From Octopus sinensis (Eukaryota): a stretch of 64,000 nt of DNA. Numbering within the stretch: position 1 is the first letter of the stretch; the number at the start of each line of letters is the position of its first letter. Under the pieces are notes generated by a model that saw only the letters and a program-made list of their open reading frames with translations, ran no database searches and was not told where the DNA came from. Both the position numbers and the translations under genes were made by a program. Positions 11,126 through 22,887 of the stretch are shown piece after piece. Location of the stretch: positions 101,308,001-101,372,000 of the forward strand of contig NC_043003.1 in assembly GCF_006345805.1 (NCBI RefSeq), read 5' to 3'.

Positions 11126-12023
11126 CAGAGAGCAGCAGTCAGCATGTTGCACAGTTAGTCCTGAAAAATAAATACAAAACAAGTTGATTAAAAAAAATGC
11201 CAGTTATTCATTATCAAATATTCAATAATTAAACTATTACATTTTATTTTTAAGTATCAGAAATTCCATTTTTGGTACTGCAACTTTTTTAAGTAACATT
11301 ACATTTTTAACATAATCAAGTACACAGCCATTAAAAAATATTCAAATTTTCTTGTATGTATCCCTATGAGTAAAAGTGAAATATCACATACACATCTACA
11401 GAATTACATGAATATACTTTTACCTAAGTACACCCCTAAAGCCACAAAAGTGTAGTATTAAACTTTCTGCTCAAGATTTGGATGTTCTAATATGTTGCAG
11501 GCATTTGGCTGCATATTCTGGGCAGGAGATTTTAACATACATTGTTTTTGTTCATTAGGCTGTTGATTACATTAACCTCAGTATTCCTTTTATCAACCCA
11601 AAGTATGAAAGGGAAAATAAACATGGGTAGGATCTGAACTCAGTCAAAATACAAAAGAACATAACCAAATACCAAGAGCTATTTTGCTGTTGCTCTACTG
11701 ATTTTATCCTCAAAGTAGTAATAAACAAATTATATAATCTGAATGCATTAGTTGTTGTCATCGTTTAGCCCCAAATCAAATGTATTCCTGTCATGACTAT
11801 CTCTTCTTTTTGTATATCTATGACTTCTTTTTCCAACTTGTTCCTTCTTTTAAGGCCATAAGGTGTAATTTAAATAGAGATTTGCTATTTCAAGCAAGTC
11901 AAGATTCCTTTGTTGATATTTGAAATAGGCCAAGAGGCACATGAGGATTTGACCTGTATCAAAGGTGTTGTCAATTAAATAAATCCAGTACCTAACTGAT
12001 ATTTATCTTATTGACCTCAAAAG

Positions 12024-15000
12024 AGTTAAGAACCAGCAGAAAACAGATAAGAGCGGTTCTTTTCTCCTACCAACACAAACTGGTCTGTATTTAATGTGAT
12101 TTGATGAGTTCACATGGAATCAACTTATTCTTGCCTAGTCTCATCTTTGTAATTAATTTTTTTATATGAGGTTGTATCAAAAAGTTCCTAGACTAGTTTT
12201 GTAGCATGCCAATAGATGGCAGCACATGGTTGTGTGGAGTGAGAGCTACCAGTGATCTTCATGAGGCAGTGTGCCAAGTGACATCACTATGTTTACTTTG
12301 TAAGTTGTGAAATTTGTGTTTTCATGATCATGTGTATGTTGTAGTCTGCAATTTTTGTCATGAACAGGAAGTTGGAACAAAGCGCCAATGTGAAATTTTG
12401 TGTTAAACTTGGGAAGTCTGCTACAGAGACATTGAGCATGCTTTGGAAAGCTTGTGGCAACAAGGCAATAGGTTGTATGCAATGTTTCAAGTGGCACAGG
12501 CACTTTAAAAGCTGAAGAACATCCCTGGAAAACCTGTCACGAGCATCACTCCCAGAAAGGTGGAAAAAATTCATCAGTTTGTGCATGAAGATTGTTGGAA
12601 GACAATCAATAAAGTTCTGAAGAATTTGAGGGGGAATATTTGGTTAAAGCGACTAAATCTGTGGAACACAAAGAGAATGGTATTCTTCATGACGACAATG
12701 CACGCTGCCACCGAGCTTTCATCATGCCAAAAACAACATGGTATCGCTTCCACGTACACCGTATTTGCCAGATTTAGCACCTGCTGACTCCCATCTCTTC
12801 CCCAAGATGAAAATGCAGCTTAAAGGTTGTCATTTTAACACTGTTGTTGAGATCAAGAGCGAATTGCAGAAGGTCCTTGACTCACTTATGGAAAACAACT
12901 TCAAGGTTGGATTCCAAAACTGGCAGGCACACTGGAACCAGAGTACTGCTACGCAAGGTAAGTATTTCGAAAGAGATGATGTTAAAACTTATTAAACATA
13001 ACTAGTCTAGGAACTTTTTGATACCACCTCATACAAGTATTTTTTTACGAGTGTCTGAGGTTTTACTCTCATTACTATCTAATATCAACAAGTTTACAAA
13101 AATAGCAAAGAGAAAAAGAAACTGGTGAAATGGCTATCTCAATTGAACAAATATAGGCATTCTTTCAACATCAGCACAAACAATCTGAGTCAGCACAACT
13201 TAACCTAGTTGAATTGTTAACACAAAAATTATAAACCAATCAAGCAGTAATAAAGCATAATCAGAGTCTAAATACAGAATTTAATTTTGACTCTATTGCA
13301 GATATTACTTTCAATTTATAGTTTTCACATTTTGAAGAGATTTTTTTCATGACTGATCTAATCTGGATGATTCTGCTAAAGTCAGATTGTTGTTGACAAA
13401 ACTTAGGACAAACAGAAGTACCAAATACATCAACTATTTTCTTCCAAAAAACTATTAAAAGTACTCAGGATGGTTTTTGGTATGCATTCTTCTTTGTTTA
13501 ACAAAAAAAATTGCTTTAAAATTATCAAGTCGATTATTGCATTAGTTATGCAGGTAGAGTGAATCATAAGTATGAGTGTTTCAATCTACATTCTTTAACT
13601 GACAATTAATTTAAGTGTTTAATTTTTGAGGCAGGTCTCCTATCACCACCAAATGTAGATATCCACACTAAACTTTTATCACAGTTAGAGCAACAACCTG
13701 AAATAACTATACAACAGCCAGTGGAGTGTGTTAAAAGTAAATAAACTTGAAGAACAACCCAAAAATGATTGAAATGAGTGACAAATTGACAAGTTTTGAG
13801 TCAGTAAATCAAAAACAACTAATCCTGTATCATTACCAAGTTCTATCAACAGAAATAGAGCTTCCAGTCCTCATCAGCCATGCTTGTTTTGTAAGTGCAA
13901 AACATTATGGGAAGTTTAGCCATAAGGAAGGATTTTGTTTGCCTAATTATTCAAGAAAAGTAAACAAAAAGTTTCATACCAAGTGATCTGCTGGTTACAG
14001 CCAAGAAATCAAGTCAGTATGATTTATGCCAGTTTCAAAGTTGATTTTCATAAAAACCATAAGTAATTTAATAGTATCAATAAATAATATTCCAATTACA
14101 CACTTCTGATACGTCATTGATTTCTTGCAAGACTTAAGGGCAACCAGTGATAATTTCAAGCTTATCAGTATAATTAACTGTAAAGTACAGCTTAATTCCA
14201 ATATTTTCATTGGAATGAGTTAGTTGATGAATTGTCTCATGACTTAGATTTACTGGGTTTGGATTAGATTACTGAACTAAAGCTATGCAGTAAAACTATT
14301 GAACACTCAACTATTTGTTTACCATCAAATGCACCAAGTAATTCTACTGATAATTCATTCCAAGTTGTACCATCCAACTTCTTTACCCATCTATTGAAAG
14401 AAAGACATTCATCTGATTTCAAAGATTTGCCGGGATGTTGCAAGTCATATAAAGCAAGTTTGTCACTAAAACCTGATTCAAGGTCTGCGTTTAAACCCTA
14501 CAGACCTGTTCCATATGCAGTCCAATCTTGAGTAGATTGTCTTGTACAATCAGTCATAATAAAACCATATAATTATACAACTTGGGTGGTGCCAAGAGTA
14601 GTTGTTGTGATGGCAAATAGTTCGATTTGCCTTGTGCAGATTTTTTTACTGGATTAAATGAAGTTTTAGAAGACCATTCCCACCCTCAGAAATCTTAATG
14701 GTAGCTGCTATTTTACAAAAATTGATTTGTCGCTTATCTACAAATTGAAGCTGATGATAATTCATAATGACCATTGACAATTAATACACACAAAGGTCTT
14801 TGACAATATTTAAAAAATTGCTAATTTAGATTAAAAATGGCTCCAGTTATTTTTCAACAAGTAATGGATACAATGATAGCAGGTATTCCTGGGATTGCAG
14901 CTAATGTAGTGAATATTATAGCAACAGTTCAAAGAACAAACTATTTTATTGATTGAATAGTCTTTTCCATAAAATGAACATCTGGTTTTAAAGCAAAGCC

Positions 15001-16660
15001 AGACAAATGCAACTCTTTTATGACACCAATAAAATATCTTGTTTTATTATAAACAAAGACAATTCTAAATCAGACCCAGTAAACACAAAAGCTATTCTGA
15101 AAGTGCCACTTCCATCAGATATTAACAAGATGAGATCATTTCTTGGATTTCTTAGCTATTACAGTGTGTTTCTACCTTCCACATATCACTTGCACAAACC
15201 ATCTACTTCAGAAAAATTCAAGGTGGAACAGGACACCTCAGTCACAAAAGCTTTTAAGGAAGCAAAAGAATTATTACAATCTGATCCGTTACTATCCCAT
15301 TAAGATCCTAAATTAGAAATAATACTAGCCACTGATGCTTCTGATTATGGTATCAGAACTGTCGTATCACATGTATTCTCAGATGACAATGAAAGACAAC
15401 AGAACATACTGCTTGTACCTTGTGTACAACAGAAAGAAATTACAGTCAAATAGAACAGTAAGCATTAGCACTTGTTTTAACAGTTAAGAGATTTCACATG
15501 ATGGTGCATGGAAAATCTTTTTACTTATTTACTGATCTTAAACCCTGCATGGCTTGAAGAATGATATTCCAGTTTACACAGCATATTGCTTACAAAGATT
15601 ACCATGGCCAGTGTCAGAAAAAAACATGGTGCAGAGTACACATTGATTTTGCTGGTCCTACAAATGGACAATATTTCTTTTATTACTAAATAATATTTTC
15701 TCAAAGTGGTTTGAAATTTTTATGATGAGCAAAATTTCCACTTCATCCACAATTCACAAATTGAAACAAGTATTCAGTCAATCTGGTTTGCAAGAAACTC
15801 TAGTATCAGATAATGGATCTCAGGTGATGCTATCAAGTTTTAATCAGTTGCATAAAGCCAACACCGTAAGACATATGTGGACACCATAAGATGTCCATAT
15901 TACTCAAATAAAAAATCAGGAAAATTTGTTTGACACCTCCAAAAAGAGCACTTCTTAAATTAAAAGAGGAGGGAAGTAATACTAAAATTTTTACTAGTTT
16001 ATTGAAGTACTCCTAATCAAACTGCTCTAGAACAGAAGTCACCTTCAGAACTCATGTTTAGGAGAAATATTAAGACAATTATGGAGGTAATTCTGCAATA
16101 TAAATGTAGAAAGGAAAAGGCAAAACAGTATTTAAACAAGAGATACATTCTGAACATATGGCATATGTCATATTTAAAAAGGAAAGTTCAATGTTGTTGC
16201 CTGGAATAGTTAAAAAGTGACAAAGAAAATTTATGAAATTCAAGTGGATAATCAAATCTAGATAAGACACGTTTAATCAACTAAGAGAGAGAGGAAAGTA
16301 ATTCAAAATAATAAAGAATGAAAAATTAAGATATTCCTGCACACTCTGTTAGAAGAATTCAATATACTTTCATCATTGAAACATACTCAAAAGAATGATT
16401 CCCCCAAGACATATGCAATGAAGTTCTATAAGAGTTCACCAAAAGCCAACTAGTGGGGAGATGTTAACAATCAATAGAAAATAGACAAGAATTGTCTTTT
16501 CCTCTTGCTAACATGAACTAGTCCACGTTTAAAATAATTTGATGAGTTCACATGGGATCAACTAACACTTGCCTAGTTTTATCTTTGTAATTAAATTTTT
16601 ACAAGTATTTTTTTTTCAAGTGTCTGAGTTCTTGTTCTCACTAGTATTTACTATCTGCAA
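12024..16660 (+). mobile_element. Ty3/Gypsy LTR retrotransposon relic
   Basis: Diverged direct LTRs (about 12024-13090, split by a mariner, and 16462-16660) share TTTGATGAGTTCACATGG.ATCAACT...CAAGTATTTTTT. PPT GTGGGGAGA precedes TG at 16462. Decayed pol motifs: RPVPYA, CADF.TGLN, FTKIDLS, TDASDYG, VHIDFAGP and LVSDNGSQ. Confidence 0.85.
12167..13031 (+). mobile_element. Internally deleted mariner inserted in the Gypsy 5' LTR
   Basis: TIR TGAGGTTGTATCAAAAAGTTCCTAGACTAGT and its inverse, TA TSDs, transposase fragments EQSANVKFCVKLGKSATET and PYLPDLAPADSHLFPKMK. Confidence 0.88.
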
Positions 16661-17268
16661 GGTAAGAAAAAGAAAAAAGGAATGAAAGGCAAAGTTAACC
16701 TCAAAAGAACATAATCAATTCTGCCACCCATAGCTCATTGTAAATGTTTTCTTAAAAAACATTTACAATTCTTAAGACAAAGAAATAAATTGTAGAATAC
16801 ACTAGGAGGCATAGTGACTGGAAGATTAAGACTGAACTATGGACCATTGTGTTCCAGAGCAAATGATATAACTTTCCTTAAATACACATACACATTGGTA
16901 AATAGATTGATTGGTAAATAGAAACTTGCAACAGAGAACTCTTCAGAGGAAGAATTCCCATCAAGTGTTTCAGCCCGTTAGTTTCTGACACTCTGGGGAA
17001 GCATAGTCCACCTAGGTCTTGACTCCTAGGTGGCCTCCTGCTGTTTTCAAAATGCCACCTTTAGTGAGGTCTGAACCAGGAACTTTCAGATAATCTTATT
17101 TTCTTAAACTGTAGTGCATATTGCTTGGCTTGGCCATGAAGACCACTGAAAGAACTTGCAATGTGGATCTATTTCAAACTGGGTTACTCTCCTACGATTC
17201 TCTTTTTAGCAACTTATAGTTTTCTTTTCCAGCTTCAACTATCATTTTTCCTTGCCCATAACTACATA

Positions 17269-17900
17269 TGAAGTCTGATCAATAAGTATCAGGACTGTTG
17301 CCATAGTAACAAAACTAAAGCACCCAGAGTGAGGCTGCTTGGAAAAGATTGACCTTGAACTCTGCAGTGCATGCGCACTAAGTTTTAATGTTCTAGCTCA
17401 CTTTCACTGTTTACAGCAGTGCTTGGAAGGAAGGTGTGTAGTGTGTGATCATAGCATTGACCATGACAGAGAAAGTTTTCACAGCAATATCTGCTCAGAG
17501 GCCTACGCAAAGTTGCAGAAAGTGTATGAAGGGAAGTGTAAGTGTACAAGTGGTTCAGACATTTCCAAGATGGCCAAAAAATGTTGATATTGATGAGCGT
17601 TCTAAGAGACCCCAACCAGCAGAACTGAGGAAAACATCACATTTGAATGTGCAACAGTGAGGGGAAATCGTTGAATCAACATCCGTGAGTTATCACAGGT
17701 TGTGCAAATTAATTACGGTTCAGTTCAGTCCATGATCACGGAAGATTTAGGTATGAGACACGTCTCTCACTTGCACAAGATCTCCTTGATTGTGTGGAGA
17801 ATAATGAAAAATTTCAAAAACTTTGCATAGCAGGTATCACCAAACTGTTGGCAAAATTTGATATAGATTCTCTGCTCAGCTTTTTCTGACATGGTCAATG
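17269..17900 (+). mobile_element. Mariner 5' half (different family), truncated
   Basis: TA followed by TGAAGTCTGATCAATAAGTATC terminus. HTH fragments CSEAYAKLQKVYEG, KWFRHFQDG and YGSVQSMITEDLGMRHVS. Confidence 0.7.
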
Positions 17901-18094
17901 AGATGATCACACACTACATACCTTCCCTCCAAGTACTGCTCATAAATAGGGGCAGTAAGGTAAAACATTAAAACTTAGTACACATGCACAGCAGAGTTCA
18001 AGGTCATTCTGTGCCACGCAGCTTCACTTTCCATGCATTACATTCGTTACTATAGCAACAGTCTCGATACTTATTGATCAGACCAAGCATAATA

Positions 18095-18125
<31 letters not shown>

Positions 18126-18491
18126 CACAAATTGAGATAGGGGTTGTGAGTGCAACCCACCATGGGATAACAAATATCCAATATACTGCCAGTACAGCAC
18201 CCAACAAAGTTAATACATAAATGTTAAGAATTGCAATGCAATTAATTCATTTATTGTATTATATGGGCAAAGGTAAAATGTTTTACCACAAATTAATAAT
18301 ACAAAATAAGAAAATGGAGAACTACACCTTAATCAATAATCAACTACCAGATAATACCCAATCACATAATTTATTAACCCACTACATATGAACATAATAA
18401 TATAGAACAAAACAATGCACATCAATGAGTAATATGATACAATAAGTACAATATGTATAAGTGAATATAAATAAATATAAATATAAACTAC

Positions 18492-18618
18492 ATCTTACAG
18501 CTGTTTCAGCCATGCAGATATCAGTATCTCATTATGCTCATATTAGCCTGGTGTGATAAGTTAATATGTGGTTATAAATGAAACACTTACAAAAATATCC
18601 CAAGGCCTCTTCAGAGAT
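18492..18618 (-). ncRNA. Type I hammerhead ribozyme-like motif with extended stem II
   Basis: Minus strand: auCU-CUGAAGA-GGCC(about 90 nt)GGCU-GAAAC-AGCU-GU-A-agau. Stem I AUCU/AGAU, palindromic stem III ACAGCUGU, GUA site. Confidence 0.6.
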
Positions 18619-19424
18619 TATAAAGTACAAACAAAACTAAATATGAATATCAGAGGAGGTGCACCCATACAAGAGTGGGTACATACCCATAATATATAAT
18701 ATACACATACATGAGTGCATATACCCATACTCCTATATATATATACATAATAATATACCCATACTCCTATATATATATACATAATAATATACAACAATAT
18801 ACATACATATGTTCTATATTCAAGGTTACAGTTGGTCAAAACAATTTATTAGAATATTACAATATACAAACATACACATATCTATATTCAAATGCACATA
18901 AACAAAGTCAAGAGTTCATTATATTAAGTTACAAAATGCCATTAATATTACCATCATTATTATTACCATTACCACCATTGCTACTAATATTATTATTATT
19001 ATTATTAATAACAATAATACCAGCAAAACAATATATGTATCACGCAGTTTTATTGTTTTGCCGGTATTATTGTTAGGCTACAATCCAGCCTACCTCTACT
19101 TTTGGGGGGATATTTTAAATTTTTATCCGGGATGTCCTACGTCCCAGATATAAAGGTAAAAATAAAATATTTCCACTTTGCAAGGTTCAAGTCGAGTACT
19201 CCCTTGCACGCTCTGTTGACTCAAACCTTGCTTCTATTGTGGCGAATTTACTGCCTCTGGTTAGATACTTGATATCTTTCATAGTCGCACCAAGACACTT
19301 TTCGATGGCGCTTTCCTCCAGGTGTTCAAATCTTTTTTTTTCTCTACATAGTATACTTTATAGACAATAGTCTTTTCTTTAATTTAATTTTTTATTTCGT
19401 TTGGTGGTGTTATCCTAGATTCAC

Positions 19425-19560
19425 CGTCTTTGTCGGTGATCAATCCGTATTTCTTCCATTTTAATTTCAATGAGTTCGCACCCGCCGACGGCTGCAGCGA
19501 AATTCATTTTTGGACTTTCTTCTATCGAAGACATTTTAACAAAAATGCTTCTGTGTAAAC
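19425..19560 (-). promoter_or_regulatory. Candidate first (largely non-coding) exon / promoter-proximal region of the vasculin-like gene
   Basis: Unique, CpG-rich segment (about 19130-19560) with donor-like ACG|GTGAAT at 19425/19424, in the same orientation and upstream of the 11160 acceptor. Inference only. Confidence 0.35.
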
Positions 19561-20147
19561 GGTGAAAATATTGTAAATTTCCCCAAACAGGAACACAATT
19601 CAATTTTTAAACAATAACCAAAGCTCCTTCTCCCAAAGGGGGAGGGTTACGGTTTACAATTATTTAACAAATGCAACACAACAACGCTTCCCTTACGAGG
19701 AACCAACAAACGTGATAACAATAGTTAAACAGAAATAATAATAACAACAAACCTTATGGTAAACCAAAAAGCAGTACTCTGTTGAAGCTATAGGCCTTTA
19801 TGGATCAGAAATAAACCAACAGTGGTACTCAGTAGAAGCATCTTTCGAGAAAACAGACATTACATACAGCCAAACTTCATATAGATACTTAATGTTAGCT
19901 AATTAGCAAATAATCTAATGTAAAAGCCGTGCACACCTCCATCTGGACTATTCCATTTCTGCACTTAAATTTTATTTTTAATTTATTCCCATTCATGTGA
20001 AACCACTGATTCAAGTTCAAATCATTGATGCAATTTTATACCAATTGCTATTTTTACTTTTGTTATGTTACGATAATATTATACTTTAGTTTGATTTTAA
20101 TTATTACTTACTACATATAATTCAATTGTTATTATTATTTTTATTGT

Positions 20148-21255
20148 GGATCTTTTCCTTTTGATGGACGGAATTTTCTAGTTAACTAAAAAATTTGAAA
20201 CTTTGTATACTGGTAGAATGTGTCAAAAGGAAACATTATTGTAAACAAAATTGAAAACAAAATTGTAATTTGTAACTTTAACGTAGTTTAATTCTTCGAA
20301 TTTTAACCAATGAAATCCCAGCATTTGAACTCAAATCATTTGCTGCGTTATCAATATTGATAAAGAAACATAGCAGACGCATGGCGCATACACACACATA
20401 TATTCAGATACATACACACATACACATGCACGCACACACACACACACACACTCTCTGTCACTATCTCTCTCTCTCTCTCAAACACATGCATATACATTTG
20501 CACAAGCACATAGTAATTAATATATAAGAGTAAACACACATACAAACGGACATATACATACACACACATACGCACACAAGCATACATACACGTTCGTGTT
20601 TTGCCCCTTGCCACAACAAATTTACACAAGAGGTAAATAAACCAGAAGGGGGGGGGTCAATGTTTCATTGTTTCGGGGTTGATAAATTAAGTACCAACTA
20701 CGCACTGGTATCGAGGATTTTTTTCCGAATTTATATCACAGCTTCCGACAAGCTGGGGCATCTTTTTATGAAAAAATATTTCGCAAATTTTTACAATACG
20801 ACTCACACTCTACGCGCAAACTCTAGACCGCTTTAGGCATATTATTGTTTTGTTTTTGTTGTTTCTGGCCCTTTAAAACCATGGAAGAAGCCTTTTCGGT
20901 AAAAAAAAAATAAAGAAAATATTCAAAAAATATTGTTAATATTTTTATTGGGCAACGAAATTCATCGATTTAAGAGATATAGCTGTTATTTCTAGCACAT
21001 GCAGAAGACAGAAGAGATAAGGATGAATAAGACGTGTGTGTGTGAGTCTTAAGACGCAGAAAATGAATTGAGCTCAAATGCTGGGATCTCATTGGTTAAA
21101 ATTCGTAGAATTAAACTACGTTAAACTTAGAAATTACAATTTTGTTTTCAATTTTGTTTACAATAATGTTTTCTTTTGAAACATTCTAACCAGTATACTA
21201 AGTTTCAAATTGTTTAGCTAACTAGAAAATTCCGTCCATCAAAAGGAAAACATCC
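20148..21255. mobile_element. Intact Merlin-like non-autonomous DNA transposon with about 200-bp TIRs
   Basis: Termini GGATCTTTTCCTTTTGATGGACGGAATTTTCTAGTT... and ...AATTCCGTCCATCAAAAGGAAAACATCC. TSD TTTATTGT at 20140-20147 and 21256-21263. Confidence 0.88.
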
Positions 21256-21326
21256 TTTATTGTTAAAGTGAAAGCATCTGACATAAAATAGAGAAATGTT
21301 TTTGTTTCGCTTTTAACACGTAATAC

Positions 21327-21720
21327 TGAAATAGTGGAGAAGATATGATATTGCTATGGGCTCGCTCTAGGTACGAAGTTGGACATTTTTCTTTTGCCCA
21401 TGACACTACATGGACCCTAAGTAAGGCATGTGTAAAATTTGAATGAAATTGGTTGTGTAGTTCTCAAGTTTTAGGGAATCATAGTGGAGAAGATATGTTA
21501 TTGCTGTGGGCTCGCCCTAGGTAAAAAGTTTTAAAAGTTTGCCGATGACACTCCCCGGACCCTAAGTAAGGCATGTGTAAAATTTGAATGAAATAGGTTG
21601 TGCAGTTCTCAAGTTTTAAGGAGACAGACAGACACACACACACATTCTCAGTTTTATATATATATACTAGCTGAAGGTGACCTGCTCTACGCACGGGTAA
21701 GAGTGTGGTTGTTACTTTCT
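21327..21720 (+). mobile_element. Non-autonomous Helitron-like element fragments (about 155-bp tandem duplication, 3' end and new TACTAG start)
   Basis: Duplicated unit ATAGTGGAGAAGATATG...GTGTAAAATTTGAATGAAAT...TTCTCAAGTTTTA, then ACAGACAGAC...TTTTATATATAT and TACTAGCTG, resembling Lep1-type Helitrons. Confidence 0.5.
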
Positions 21721-21734
21721 GTTGCTTCCTTTCA

Positions 21735-22048
21735 GCACGTAAAAAGCACCATCCGAACGTGGCGGATTGTAGCGCCGCCTTGACTGGCTTCTGTGCTGGT
21801 GGCACGTAAAAAGCACCAACCGATTGTGGCCGCTGCCAGCCCCCCTGCCATCTGTGCCGGCGGCACGAAAAAAGCACCCACTACGCTCACAGAGTGGTTG
21901 GCGTTAGGAAGGGCATCCACCTGTAGAAACACTGCCAGATCAGACTGGAGTCTGGTGCAGCCTCCTGGCTTCCCAGACCCCGGTAAAACTGTCCAACCCG
22001 TGCTAGCACGGAAAACGGACGTTAAATGATGATGATGATGATGATGAT
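21735..22048 (+). mobile_element. RTE 3' UTR fragment with (GAT)n tail
   Basis: Aligns to 6830-7138. Confidence 0.9.
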
Positions 22049-22717
22049 TCTCCCTCTTTGTTTCTCTCTCACTTTCCCGCTCTCTTACTCTTCCTTTCTC
22101 TCGGACTCTCCCTCGCTTTCTCTTACTCTCTATCTTTATCTATCTCTCTCCCATTTATAAACAACAAAAGATCTTGAGTAAGTTGAGAAATAAAATATTT
22201 AGGAAGATCAATCATAAATATCAGGCAGTAACAACGGAAAGGTCTGCTTCAAGGCAGACAGCAAAACACTAACATTTAAAAGAGACAGACGAACTTGTGA
22301 GCTGAATAAAAATAATAAAATATTGGAAACCAAAGTTTGAAGGGATAGAATTTGAGGATACACCATGGCTGGGTTTTCTTAACGACGGACAGCAACGTAT
22401 TGACAGTTCAATGGCTGGCGTAAAATTTTGAACTTGATGTAAAAGAAAATCCCTAAACACCAAGTTTTGAATTGATTCTTTCTCACGACAGTAGACTCAC
22501 GATGGCAAGCATTCAAAACTTCTTCATCATGGACGGCAACACATTGACGATTAAAAGGCTGGCGCAAATTTTTTAGCTTGATGTAACAGAGAATTGCTAA
22601 ACCCCCCTCCTTTAAATTTTAATCCCCTTCCAGCCCCATTTAGACCCCTTTTCACATTTTGGTTAATATAACCCGATTTCATTTGGGTCTACTGGGGCCA
22701 CATTTTATAAGATGAGG

Positions 22718-22887
22718 ACTCAACCAAGTTTCCCGAGTTCTGGTCATAGACCATAGAACACTCAACCAAGTTTCCCGAGTTCTGGTCATAGACCATAGAA
22801 CAGTCAAGCAAGTTTCCTGAGTTCTGGTCATAGACCATAGAACACTCAACCAAGTTTCCCGAGTTCAGGTCATAGACCATAGAACAC
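22718..22887. repeat. 4 x 42-bp tandem repeat with internal hairpin
   Basis: Unit ACTCAACCAAGTTTCCCGAGTTCTGGTCATAGACCATAGAAC at 22718, 22760, 22802 and 22844. Confidence 0.95.

Noticed and set aside
19421-19603. 60-aa ORF as an independent small protein gene
   Set aside because: No homology was recognised; it is better explained as a possible uORF or 5' UTR of the vasculin-like gene.
22718-22887. CRISPR-like hairpin repeats
   Set aside because: Head-to-tail units with no spacers.
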